From assembly GCA_964016885.1 (NCBI GenBank), contig OZ024757.1:12958001-13022000 (forward strand): a stretch of DNA of 64,000 nucleotides. The letters are read 5' to 3'. The stretch is from Eledone cirrhosa (lineage: Eukaryota). The position numbers and the translations under genes are program-made. A model generated the notes under the pieces. The model worked only from the letters and a program-made list of their open reading frames with translations. It was not told where the DNA came from and ran no database searches. Shown here in pieces: positions 27,801 to 42,000 of the stretch (its first letter is position 1; the number at the start of each line of letters is the position of its first letter).

Positions 27801-29464
27801 AAATTGATTATATAAGGTTTTCGAAAAAAATTAATATGCGTTTTTCAAATTGCGTTTTTCGAAATATTAACTTCTGATTTCGAAAACTTATTTTTTTAGG
27901 TTTTTCGAAAAAAATTTAATCTGCAAAATTTGAAACCAGAAAGTTTCGAAAGATTTGTAAAAGCATGTTTTTTTTACGTTTTCGAAACATGCAAAAAATC
28001 AGAAAAAGATTAATACAGAAGTATATATTTCGACTATGAACTCAGATTCATTCTTTTTCGAAAAACCTAAAAAAATTGATTATATAAGGTTTTCGAAAAA
28101 CCTAAAAAAATCAATATTTGAAATCAGATATAAATATTTCTAAAAGTATAAAAAAAATTGATTATATAAGGTTTTCGAAAAAAAATTAATATGCGTTTTT
28201 CAAATTGCGTTTTTCGAACTTCTGATTTCGAAAACTTATTTTTTTAGGTTTTTCGAAAAAAATTTAATCTGCAAAATTTGAAACCAGAAAGTAAATATTT
28301 CGAAAGATTTGTAAAAGCATGTTTTTTTTACGTTTTCGAAACATGCAAAAAATCAGAAAAAGATTAATACAGAAGTATATATTTCGACTATGAACTCACA
28401 TTCATTCTTTTTCGAAAAACCTAAAAAAATCAATATTTGAAATCAGATATAAATATTTATAAAAAAATTGATTATATAAGGTTTTCGAAAAAAATTAATA
28501 TGCGTTTTTCAAATTGCGTTTTTCGAAATATTAACTTCTGATTTCGAAAACTTATTTTTTTAGGTTTTTCGAAAAAAATTTAATCTGCAAAATTTGAAAC
28601 CAGTAAGTTTCGAAAGATTTGTAAAAGCATGTTTTTTTTACGTTTTCGAAACATGCAAAAAAATCAGAAAAAGATTAATACAGAAGTATATATTTCGACT
28701 ATGAACTCACATTCATTCTTTTTCGAAAAACCTAAAAAAATTGATTATATAAGGTTTTCGAAAAACCTAAAAAAAATCAATATTTGATTTCAAATATTGA
28801 TTTTTTTAGGTTTTTCGAAAACCTTATATAATCAATTTATAAAAAAATTGATTATATAAGGTTTTCGAAAAAAATTAATATGCGTTTTTCAAATTGCGTT
28901 TTTCGAAATATTAACTTCTGATTTCGAAAACTTATTTTTTTAGGTTTTTCGAAAAAAATTTAATCTTCAAAATTTGAAACCAGAGAGTTTCGAAAGATTT
29001 GTAAAAGCATGTTTTTTTTACGTTTTCGAAACATGCAAAAAATCAGAAAAAGATTAATACAGAAGTATATATTTCGACTATGAACTCACATTCATTCTTT
29101 TTCGAAAAACCTAAAAAAATTGATTATATAAGGTTTTCGAAAAACCTAAAAAAATCAATATTTGAAATCAGATATAAATATTTATAAAAAAATTGATTAT
29201 ATAAGGTTTTCGAAAAAAATTAATATGCGTTTTTCAAATTGCGTTTTTCGAAATATTAACTTCTGATTTCGAAAACTTATTTTTTTAGGTTTTTCGAAAA
29301 AAATTTAATCTGCAAAATTTGAAACCAGAAAGTAGATATTTCGAAAGATTTGTAAAACCATTAATTTTTTACGTTTTTTTTTAGATTTCGAAACATGCAA
29401 AATGTAAAAAGATTAATACAGAAACATGAAAAATGTAAAAAGATTAATACAGAAGTATATATTT
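24888..29464 (+). repeat. 13-mer HOR copy, 4577 bp
   Basis: ORF offsets 22723/27300 and 24818/29395 are both 4577. Monomer order matches the reference copy, with an 18-bp deletion near 25400. Confidence 0.9.
28738..28838. repeat. 101-bp palindrome copy
   Basis: Same centre and arms; lies 4577 bp after the 24161 copy. Confidence 0.93.
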
Positions 29465-32400
29465 CGACTATGAACTCAGATTCATTCTTTTTCGAAAAAC
29501 CTAAAAAAATTGATTATATAAGGTTTTCGAAAAACCTAAAAATATCAATATTTGAAATCAGATATAAATATTTATAAAAAAAATTGATTATATAAGGTTT
29601 TCGAAAAAAAATTAATATGCGTTTTTCAAATTGCGTTTTTCGAAATATTAACTTCTGATTTCGAAAACTGATTTTTTTAGGTTTTTCGAAAAAAATTTAA
29701 TCTGCAAAATTTGAAACCAGAAAGTAGATATTTCGAAAGATTTGTAAAAGCATTAATTTTTTACTTTTTTTTAGATTTCGAAAATGCTAACAATCAGAAA
29801 AACGTAAAAAGATTAATGCAGAAGTATATATTTCGACTATGAACTCACATTCATTCTTTTTCGAAAAACCTAAAAAAATTAATTATATAAGGTTTTCGAA
29901 AAACCTAAAAAAATCAATATTTGAAATCAGATATAAATATTTATAAAAAAATTGATTATATAAGGTTTTCGAAAAAAATTAATATGCGTTTTTCAAATTG
30001 CGTTTTTCGAAATATTAACTTCTGATTTCGAAAACTTATTTTTTTAGGTTTTTCGAAAAAAATTTAATCTGCAAAATTTGAAACCAGAAAGTTTCGAAAG
30101 ATTTGTAAAAGCATGTTTTTTTTACGTTTTCGAAACATGCAAAAAATCAGAAAAAGATTAATACAGAAGTATATATTTCGACTATGAACTCACATTCATT
30201 CTTTTTCGAAAAACCTAAAAAAATTGATTATATAAGGTTTTCGAAAAACCTAAAAAAATCAATATTTGAAATCAGATATAAATATTTCTAAAAGTATAAA
30301 AAAAATTGATTATATAAGGTTTTCGAAAAAAAATTAATATGCGTTTTTCAAATTGCGTTTTTCGAACTTCTGATTTCGAAAACTGATTTTTTTAGGTTTT
30401 TCGAAAAAAATTTAATCTGCAAAATTTGAAACCAGAAAGTAGATATTTCGAAAGATTTGTAAAAGCATTAATTTTTTACGTTTTTTATTAGATTTCGAAA
30501 CATGCAAAATGTAAAAAGATTAATACAGAAACATGAAAAATGTAAAAAGATTAATACAGAAGTATATATTTCGACTATGAACTCAGATTCATTCTTTTTC
30601 GAAAAACCTAAAAAAATTGATTATATAAGGTTTTCGAAAAACCTAAAAAAATCAATATTTGAAATCAGATATAAATATTTATAAAAAAATTGATTATATA
30701 AGGTTTTCAAAAAAAATTAATATGCGTTTTTCAAATTGCGTTTTTCGAAATATTAACTTCTGATTTCGAAAACTTATTTTTTTAGGTTTTTCGAAAAAAA
30801 TTTAATCTGCAAAATTTGAAACCAGAAAGTAAATATTTCGAAAGATTTGTAAAAGCATGTTTTTTTTACGTTTTCGAAACATGCAAAAAATCAGAAAAAG
30901 ATTAATACAGAAGTATATATTTCGACTATGAACTCACATTCATTCTTTTTCGAAAAACCTAAAAAAATCAATATTTGAAATCAGATATAAATATTTATAA
31001 AAAAATTGATTATATAAGGTTTTCGAAAAAAATTAATATGCGTTTTTCAAATTGCGTTTTTCGAAATATTAACTTCTGATTTCGAAAACTTATTTTTTTA
31101 GGTTTTTCGAAAAAAATTTAATCTGCAAAATTTGAAACCAGAAAGTTTCGAAAGATTTGTAAAAGCATGTTTTTTTTACGTTTTCGAAACATGCAAAAAA
31201 TCAGAAAAAGATTAATACAGAAGTATATATTTCGACTATGAACTCAGATTCATTCTTTTTCGAAAAACCTAAAAAAATTGATTATATAAGGTTTTCGAAA
31301 AACCTAAAAAAATCAATATTTGAAATCAGATATAAATATTTCTAAAAGTATAAAAAAAATTGATTATATAAGGTTTTCGAAAAAAAATTAATATGCGTTT
31401 TTCAAATTGCGTTTTTCGAACTTCTGATTTCGAAAACTTATTTTTTTAGGTTTTTCGAAAAAAATTTAATCTGCAAAATTTGAAACCAGAAAGTAAATAT
31501 TTCGAAAGATTTGTAAAAGCATGTTTTTTTTACGTTTTCGAAACATGCAAAAAATCAGAAAAAGATTAATACAGAAGTATATATTTCGACTATGAACTCA
31601 CATTCATTCTTTTTCGAAAAACCTAAAAAAATCAATATTTGAAATCAGATATAAATATTTATAAAAAAATTGATTATATAAGGTTTTCGAAAAAAATTAA
31701 TATGCGTTTTTCAAATTGCGTTTTTCGAAATATTAACTTCTGATTTCGAAAACTTATTTTTTTAGGTTTTTCGAAAAAAATTTAATCTGCAAAATTTGAA
31801 ACCAGTAAGTTTCGAAAGATTTGTAAAAGCATGTTTTTTTTACGTTTTCGAAACATGCAAAAAAATCAGAAAAAGATTAATACAGAAGTATATATTTCGA
31901 CTATGAACTCACATTCATTCTTTTTCGAAAAACCTAAAAAAATTGATTATATAAGGTTTTCGAAAAACCTAAAAAAAATCAATATTTGATTTCAAATATT
32001 GATTTTTTTAGGTTTTTCGAAAACCTTATATAATCAATTTATAAAAAAATTGATTATATAAGGTTTTCGAAAAAAATTAATATGCGTTTTTCAAATTGCG
32101 TTTTTCGAAATATTAACTTCTGATTTCGAAAACTTATTTTTTTAGGTTTTTCGAAAAAAATTTAATCTTCAAAATTTGAAACCAGTAAGTTTCGAAAGAT
32201 TTGTAAAAGCATGTTTTTTTTACGTTTTCGAAACATGCAAAAAAATCAGAAAAAGATTAATACAGAAGTATATATTTCGACTATGAACTCACATTCATTC
32301 TTTTTCGAAAAACCTAAAAAAATTGATTATATAAGGTTTTCGAAAAACCTAAAAAAAATCAATATTTGATTTCAAATATTGATTTTTTTAGGTTTTTCGA

Positions 32401-33046
32401 AAACCTTATATAATCAATTTATAAAAAAATTGATTATATAAGGTTTTCGAAAAAAATTAATATGCGTTTTTCAAATTGCGTTTTTCGAAATATTAACTTC
32501 TGATTTCGAAAACTTATTTTTTTAGGTTTTTCGAAAAAAATTTAATCTTCAAAATTTGAAACCAGAGAGTTTCGAAAGATTTGTAAAAGCATGTTTTTTT
32601 TACGTTTTCGAAACATGCAAAAAATCAGAAAAAGATTAATACAGAAGTATATATTTCGACTATGAACTCACATTCATTCTTTTTCGAAAAACCTAAAAAA
32701 ATTGATTATATAAGGTTTTCGAAAAACCTAAAAAAATCAATATTTGAAATCAGATATAAATATTTATAAAAAAATTGATTATATAAGGTTTTCGAAAAAA
32801 ATTAATATGCGTTTTTCAAATTGCGTTTTTCGAAATATTAACTTCTGATTTCGAAAACTTATTTTTTTAGGTTTTTCGAAAAAAATTTAATCTGCAAAAT
32901 TTGAAACCAGAAAGTAGATATTTCGAAAGATTTGTAAAACCATTAATTTTTTACGTTTTTTTTTAGATTTCGAAACATGCAAAATGTAAAAAGATTAATA
33001 CAGAAACATGAAAAATGTAAAAAGATTAATACAGAAGTATATATTT
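29465..33046 (+). repeat. 10-mer HOR variant, 3582 bp (four monomers lost, palindrome monomer doubled)
   Basis: Ten anchors lie between 29465 and 33047. Palindromes occur at 31940 and 32320. Confidence 0.85.
31940..32420. repeat. Two adjacent 101-bp palindromes (31940-32040, 32320-32420)
   Basis: Tandem duplication of the 380-bp palindrome-bearing monomer. Confidence 0.93.
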
Positions 33047-36000
33047 CGACTATGAACTCAGATTCATTCTTTTTCGAAAAACCTAAAAAAATTGATTATA
33101 TAAGGTTTTCGAAAAACCTAAAAATATCAATATTTGAAATCAGATATAAATATTTATAAAAAAAATTGATTATATAAGGTTTTCGAAAAAAAATTAATAT
33201 GCGTTTTTCAAATTGCGTTTTTCGAAATATTAACTTCTGATTTCGAAAACTGATTTTTTTAGGTTTTTCGAAAAAAATTTAATCTGCAAAATTTGAAACC
33301 AGAAAGTAGATATTTCGAAAGATTTGTAAAAGCATTAATTTTTTACTTTTTTTTAGATTTCGAAAATGCTAACAATCAGAAAAACGTAAAAAGATTAATG
33401 CAGAAGTATATATTTCGACTATGAACTCACATTCATTCTTTTTCGAAAAACCTAAAAAAATTGATATTTGAAATCAGATATAAATATTTCTAAAAGTATA
33501 AAAAAATTGATTATATAAAAAAATATTGATTATATAAAAAATATTGATTATATAAAAAAATTATTTTTCGAAAAAAAATTAATATGCGTTATTCAAGTTG
33601 CGTTTTTCGAAATATAAACTTCTGATTTCGAAAACTTATTTTTTCAGGTTTTTCGAAAAAAATTTAATCTGCAAAATTTGAAACCAGAAAGTAAATATTT
33701 CGAAAGATTTGTAAAAGCATGTTTTTTTTACGTTTTCGAAACATGCAAAAAATCAGAAAAAGATTAATACAGAAGTATATATTTCGACTATGAACTCACA
33801 TTCATTCTTTTTCGAAAAACCTAAAAAAATCAATATTTGAAATCAGATATAAATATTTATAAAAAAATTGATTATATAAGGTTTTCGAAAAAAATTAATA
33901 TGCGTTTTTCAAATTGCGTTTTTCGAAATATTAACTTCTGATTTCGAAAACTTATTTTTTTAGGTTTTTCGAAAAAAATTTAATCTGCAAAATTTGAAAC
34001 CAGAAAGTAGATATTTCGAAAGATTTGTAAAATCATTAATTTTTTACGTTTTTTTTTAGATTTCGAAACATGCAAAATGTAAAAAGATTAATACAGAAAC
34101 ATGAAAAATGTAAAAAGATTAATACAGAAGTATATATTTCGACTATGAACTCAGATTCATTCTTTTTCGAAAAACCTAAAAAAATTGATTATATAAGGTT
34201 TTCGAAAAACCTAAAAATATCAATATTTGAAATCAGATATAAATATTTATAAAAAAATTGATTATCGAAAAAAAATTAATATGCCTTTTTCAAATTGCGT
34301 TTTTCGAAATATTAACTTCTGATTTCGAAAACTGATTTTTTTAGGTTTTTCGAAAAAAATTTAATCTGCAAAATTTGAAACCAGAAAGTAGATATTTCGA
34401 AAGATTTGTAAAAGCATTAATTTTTTACGTTTTTTTTAGATTTCGAAAATGCTAACAATCAGAAAAACGTAAAAAGATTAATGCAGAAGTATATATTTCG
34501 ACTATGAACTCACATTCATTCTTTTTCGAAAAACCTAAAAAAATCAATATTTGAAATCAGATATAAATATTTATAAAAAAATTGATTATATAAGGTTTTC
34601 GAAAAAAATTAATATGCGTTTTTCAAATTGCGTTTTTCGAAATATTAACTTCTGATTTCGAAAACTTATTTTTTTAGGTTTTTCGAAAAAAATTTAATCT
34701 GCAAAATTTGAAACCAGAAAGTAGATATTTCGAAAGATTTGTAAAATCATTAATTTTTTACGTTTTTTTTTAGATTTCGAAACATGCAAAATGTAAAAAG
34801 ATTAATACAGAAACATGAAAAATGTAAAAAGATTAATACAGAAGTATATATTTCGACTATGAACTCAGATTCATTCTTTTTCGAAAAACCTAAAAAAATT
34901 GATTATATAAGGTTTTCGAAAAACCTAAAAATATCAATATTTGAAATCAGATATAAATATTTATAAAAAAATTGATTATCGAAAAAAAATTAATATGCCT
35001 TTTTCAAATTGCGTTTTTCGAAATATTAACTTCTGATTTCGAAAACTGATTTTTTTAGGTTTTTCAAAAAAAATTTAATCTGCAAAATTTGAAACCAGAA
35101 AGTAGATATTTCGAAAGATTTGTAAAAGCATTAATTTTTTACGTTTTTTTTAGATTTCGAAAATGCTAACAATCAGAAAAACGTAAAAAGATTAATGCAG
35201 AAGTATATATTTCGACTATGAACTCACATTCATTCTTTTTCGAAAAACCTAAAAAAATCAATATTTGAAATCAGATATAAATATTTATAAAAAAATTGAT
35301 TATATAAGGTTTTCGAAAAAAATTAATATGCGTTTTTCAAATTGCGTTTTTCGAAATATTAACTTCTGATTTCGAAAACTTATTTTTTTAGGTTTTTCGA
35401 AAAAAATTTAATCTGCAAAATTTGAAACCAGAAAGTTTCGAAAGATTTGTAAAAGCATGTTTTTTTTACGTTTTCGAAACATGCAGAAAATCAGAAAAAG
35501 ATTAATACAGAAGTATATATTTCGACTATGAACTCACATTCATTCTTTTTCGAAAAACCTAAAAAAATTGATTATATAAGGTTTTCGAAAAACCTAAAAA
35601 AATCAATATTTGAAATCAGATATAAATATTTATAAAAAAATTGATTATATAAGGTTTTCGAAAAAAATTAATATGCGTTTTTCAAATTGCGTTTTTCGAA
35701 ATATTAACTTCTGATTTCGAAAACTTATTTTTTTAGGTTTTTCGAAAAAAATTTAATCTGCAAAATTTGAAACCAGAAAGTTTCGAAAGATTTGTAAAAG
35801 CATGTTTTTTTTACGTTTTCGAAACATGCAAAAAATCAGAAAAAGATTAATACAGAAGTATATATTTCGACTATGAACACACATTCATTCTTTTTCGAAA
35901 AACCTAAAAAAATTGATTATATAAGGTTTTCGAAAAACCTAAAAAAATCAATATTTGAAATCAGATATAAATATTTCTAAAAGTATAAAAAAAATTGATT

Positions 36001-38351
36001 ATATAAGGTTTTCGAAAAAAAATTAATATGCGTTTTTCAAATTGCGTTTTTCGAACTTCTGATTTCGAAAACTGATTTTTTTAGGTTTTTCGAAAAAAAT
36101 TTAATCTGCAAAATTTGAAACCAGAAAGTAGATATTTCGAAAGATTTGTAAAAGCATTAATTTTTTACGTTTTTTATTAGATTTCGAAACATGCAAAATG
36201 TAAAAAGATTAATACAGAAACATGAAAAATGTAAAAAGATTAATACAGAAGTATATATTTCGACTATGAACTCAGATTCATTCTTTTTCGAAAAACCTAA
36301 AAAAATTGATTATATAAGGTTTTCGAAAAACCTAAAAAAATCAATATTTGAAATCAGATATAAATATTTATAAAAAAATTGATTATATAAGGTTTTCAAA
36401 AAAAATTAATATGCGTTTTTCAAATTGCGTTTTTCGAAATATTAACTTCTGATTTCGAAAACTTATTTTTTTAGGTTTTTCGAAAAAAATTTAATCTGCA
36501 AAATTTGAAACCAGAAAGTAAATATTTCGAAAGATTTGTAAAAGCATGTTTTTTTTACGTTTTCGAAACATGCAAAAAATCAGAAAAAGATTAATACAGA
36601 AGTATATATTTCGACTATGAACTCACATTCATTCTTTTTCGAAAAACCTAAAAAAATCAATATTTGAAATCAGATATAAATATTTATAAAAAAATTGATT
36701 ATATAAGGTTTTCGAAAAAAATTAATATGCGTTTTTCAAATTGCGTTTTTCGAAATATTAACTTCTGATTTCGAAAACTTATTTTTTTAGGTTTTTCGAA
36801 AAAAATTTAATCTGCAAAATTTGAAACCAGAAAGTTTCGAAAGATTTGTAAAAGCATGTTTTTTTTACGTTTTCGAAACATGCAAAAAATCAGAAAAAGA
36901 TTAATACAGAAGTATATATTTCGACTATGAACTCAGATTCATTCTTTTTCGAAAAACCTAAAAAAATTGATTATATAAGGTTTTCGAAAAACCTAAAAAA
37001 ATCAATATTTGAAATCAGATATAAATATTTCTAAAAGTATAAAAAAAATTGATTATATAAGGTTTTCGAAAAAAAATTAATATGCGTTTTTCAAATTGCG
37101 TTTTTCGAACTTCTGATTTCGAAAACTTATTTTTTTAGGTTTTTCGAAAAAAATTTAATCTGCAAAATTTGAAACCAGAAAGTAAATATTTCGAAAGATT
37201 TGTAAAAGCATGTTTTTTTTACGTTTTCGAAACATGCAAAAAATCAGAAAAAGATTAATACAGAAGTATATATTTCGACTATGAACTCACATTCATTCTT
37301 TTTCGAAAAACCTAAAAAAATCAATATTTGAAATCAGATATAAATATTTATAAAAAAATTGATTATATAAGGTTTTCGAAAAAAATTAATATGCGTTTTT
37401 CAAATTGCGTTTTTCGAAATATTAACTTCTGATTTCGAAAACTTATTTTTTTAGGTTTTTCGAAAAAAATTTAATCTGCAAAATTTGAAACCAGTAAGTT
37501 TCGAAAGATTTGTAAAAGCATGTTTTTTTTACGTTTTCGAAACATGCAAAAAAATCAGAAAAAGATTAATACAGAAGTATATATTTCGACTATGAACTCA
37601 CATTCATTCTTTTTCGAAAAACCTAAAAAAATTGATTATATAAGGTTTTCGAAAAACCTAAAAAAAATCAATATTTGATTTCAAATATTGATTTTTTTAG
37701 GTTTTTCGAAAACCTTATATAATCAATTTATAAAAAAATTGATTATATAAGGTTTTCGAAAAAAATTAATATGCGTTTTTCAAATTGCGTTTTTCGAAAT
37801 ATTAACTTCTGATTTCGAAAACTTATTTTTTTAGGTTTTTCGAAAAAAATTTAATCTTCAAAATTTGAAACCAGTTTCGAAAGATTTGTAAAAGCATGTT
37901 TTTTTTACGTTTTCGAAACATGCAAAAAATCAGAAAAAGATTAATACAGAAGTATATATTTCGACTATGAACTCACATTCATTCTTTTTCGAAAAACCTA
38001 AAAAAATTGATTATATAAGGTTTTCGAAAAACCTAAAAAAATCAATATTTGAAATCAGATATAAATATTTATAAAAAAATTGATTATATAAGGTTTTCGA
38101 AAAAAATTAATATGCGTTTTTCAAATTGCGTTTTTCGAAATATTAACTTCTGATTTCGAAAACTTATTTTTTTAGGTTTTTCGAAAAAAATTTAATCTGC
38201 AAAATTTGAAACCAGAAAGTAGATATTTCGAAAGATTTGTAAAAGCATTAATTTTTTACGTTTTTTTTTAGATTTCGAAACATGCAAAATGTAAAAAGAT
38301 TAATACAGAAACATGAAAAATGTAAAAAGATTAATACAGAAGTATATATTT
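33047..38351 (+). repeat. 15-mer HOR variant, 5305 bp (13-mer plus internal 714-bp dimer duplication)
   Basis: ORFs at 34070 and 34784 are 714 bp apart, and both are followed by the TTATCGAAA/ATGCCTTTT variant. The rest follows the 13-mer order. Confidence 0.85.
37629..37729. repeat. 101-bp palindrome copy
   Basis: Same centre and arms. Confidence 0.93.
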
Positions 38352-39040
38352 CGACTATGAACTCAGATTCATTCTTTTTCGAAAAACCTAAAAAAATTGA
38401 TTATATAAGGTTTTCGAAAAACCTAAAAATATCAATATTTGAAATCAGATATAAATATTTATAAAAAAAATTGATTATATAAGGTTTTCGAAAAAAAATT
38501 AATATGCGTTTTTCAAATTGCGTTTTTCGAAATATTAACTTCTGATTTCGAAAACTGATTTTTTTAGGTTTTTCGAAAAAAATTTAATCTGCAAAATTTG
38601 AAACCAGAAAGTAGATATTTCGAAAGATTTGTAAAAGCATTAATTTTTTACTTTTTTTTAGATTTCGAAAATGCTAACAATCAGAAAAACGTAAAAAGAT
38701 TAATGCAGAAGTATATATTTCGACTATGAACTCACATTCATTCTTTTTCGAAAAACCTAAAAAAATTGATTATATAAGGTTTTCGAAAAACCTAAAAAAA
38801 TCAATATTTGAAATCAGATATAAATATTTATAAAAAAATTGATTATATAAGGTTTTCGAAAAAAATTAATATGCGTTTTTCAAATTGCGTTTTTCGAAAT
38901 ATTAACTTCTGATTTCGAAAACTTATTTTTTTAGGTTTTTCGAAAAAAATTTAATCTGCAAAATTTGAAACCAGAAAGTAGATATTTCGAAAGATTTGTA
39001 AAAGCATTAATTTTTTACGTTTTTTTTTAGATTTCGAAAC

Positions 39041-42000
39041 ATGCAAAATGTAAAAAGATTAATACAGAAACATGAAAAATGTAAAAAGATTAATACAGAA
39101 GTATATATTTCGACTATGAACTCAGATTCATTCTTTTTCGAAAAACCTAAAAAAATTGATTATATAAGGTTTTCGAAAAACCTAAAAATATCAATATTTG
39201 AAATCAGATATAAATATTTATAAAAAAAATTGATTATATAAGGTTTTCGAAAAAAAATTAATATGCGTTTTTCAAATTGCGTTTTTCGAAATATTAACTT
39301 CTGATTTCGAAAACTGATTTTTTTAGGTTTTTCGAAAAAAATTTAATCTGCAAAATTTGAAACCAGAAAGTAGATATTTCGAACGAAAATGCTAACAATC
39401 AGAAAAACGTAAAAAGATTAATGCAGAAGTATATATTTCGACTATGAACTCACATTCATTCTTTTTCGAAAAACCTAAAAAAATTGATATTTGAAATCAG
39501 ATATAAATATTTCTAAAAGTATAAAAAAATTGATTATATAAAAAAATATTGATTATATAAAAAATATTGATTATATAAAAAAATTATTTTTCGAAAAAAA
39601 ATTAATATGCGTTATTCAAGTTGCGTTTTTCGAAATATAAACTTCTGATTTCGAAAACTTATTTTTTCAGGTTTTTCGAAAAAAATTTAATCTGCAAAAT
39701 TTGAAACCAGAAAGTAAATATTTCGAAAGATTTGTAAAAGCATGTTTTTTTTACGTTTTCGAAACATGCAAAAAATCAGAAAAAGATTAATACAGAAGTA
39801 TATATTTCGACTATGAACTCACATTCATTCTTTTTCGAAAAACCTAAAAAAATCAATATTTGAAATCAGATATAAATATTTATAAAAAAATTGATTATAT
39901 AAGGTTTTCGAAAAAAATTAATATGCGTTTTTCAAATTGCGTTTTTCGAAATATTAACTTCTGATTTCGAAAACTTATTTTTTTAGGTTTTTCGAAAAAA
40001 ATTTAATCTGCAAAATTTGAAACCAGAAAGTAGATATTTCGAAAGATTTGTAAAATCATTAATTTTTTACGTTTTTTTTTAGATTTCGAAACATGCAAAA
40101 TGTAAAAAGATTAATACAGAAACATGAAAAATGTAAAAAGATTAATACAGAAGTATATATTTCGACTATGAACTCAGATTCATTCTTTTTCGAAAAACCT
40201 AAAAAAATTGATTATATAAGGTTTTCGAAAAACCTAAAAATATCAATATTTGAAATCAGATATAAATATTTATAAAAAAATTGATTATCGAAAAAAAATT
40301 AATATGCCTTTTTCAAATTGCGTTTTTCGAAATATTAACTTCTGATTTCGAAAACTGATTTTTTTAGGTTTTTCGAAAAAAATTTAATCTGCAAAATTTG
40401 AAACCAGAAAGTAGATATTTCGAAAGATTTGTAAAAGCATTAATTTTTTACGTTTTTTTTAGATTTCGAAAATGCTAACAATCAGAAAAACGTAAAAAGA
40501 TTAATGCAGAAGTATATATTTCGACTATGAACTCACATTCATTCTTTTTCGAAAAACCTAAAAAAATCAATATTTGAAATCAGATATAAATATTTATAAA
40601 AAAATTGATTATATAAGGTTTTCGAAAAAAATTAATATGCGTTTTTCAAATTGCGTTTTTCGAAATATTAACTTCTGATTTCGAAAACTTATTTTTTTAG
40701 GTTTTTCGAAAAAAATTTAATCTGCAAAATTTGAAACCAGAAAGTTTCGAAAGATTTGTAAAAGCATGTTTTTTTTACGTTTTCGAAACATGCAAAAAAT
40801 CAGAAAAAGATTAATACAGAAGTATATATTTCGACTATGAACTCACATTCATTCTTTTTCGAAAAACCTAAAAAAATTGATTATATAAGGTTTTCGAAAA
40901 ACCTAAAAAAATCAATATTTGAAATCAGATATAAATATTTCTAAAAGTATAAAAAAAATTGATTATATAAGGTTTTCGAAAAAAAATTAATATGCGTTTT
41001 TCAAATTGCGTTTTTCGAACTTCTGATTTCGAAAACTGATTTTTTTAGGTTTTTCGAAAAAAATTTAATCTGCAAAATTTGAAACCAGAAAGTAGATATT
41101 TCGAAAGATTTGTAAAAGCATTAATTTTTTACGTTTTTTATTAGATTTCGAAACATGCAAAATGTAAAAAGATTAATACAGAAACATGAAAAATGTAAAA
41201 AGATTAATACAGAAGTATATATTTCGACTATGAACTCAGATTCATTCTTTTTCGAAAAACCTAAAAAAATTGATTATATAAGGTTTTCGAAAAACCTAAA
41301 AAAATCAATATTTGAAATCAGATATAAATATTTATAAAAAAATTGATTATATAAGGTTTTCAAAAAAAATTAATATGCGTTTTTCAAATTGCGTTTTTCG
41401 AAATATTAACTTCTGATTTCGAAAACTTATTTTTTTAGGTTTTTCGAAAAAAATTTAATCTGCAAAATTTGAAACCAGAAAGTAAATATTTCGAAAGATT
41501 TGTAAAAGCATGTTTTTTTTACGTTTTCGAAACATGCAAAAAATCAGAAAATCAGATGCAAAAAATCACATGCAAAAAATCAGAAGTATATATTTCGACT
41601 ATGAACTCACATTCATTCTTTTTCGAAAAACCTAAAAAAATCAATATTTGAAATCAGATATAAATATTTATAAAAAAATTGATTATATAAGGTTTTCGAA
41701 AAAAATTAATATGCGTTTTTCAAATTGCGTTTTTCGAAATATTAACTTCGAAAACTTATTTTTTTAGGTTTTTCGAAAAAAATTTAATCTGCAAAATTTG
41801 AAACCAGAAAGTTTCGAAAAAAAATCAGAAAAAGATTAATACAGAAGTATATATTTCGACTATGAACTCACATTCATTCTTTTTCGAAAAACCTAAAAAA
41901 ATTGATTATATAAGGTTTTCGAAAAACCTAAAAAAATCAATATTTGAAATCAGATATAAATATTTCTAAAAGTATAAAAAAATTGATTATATAAAAAAAT

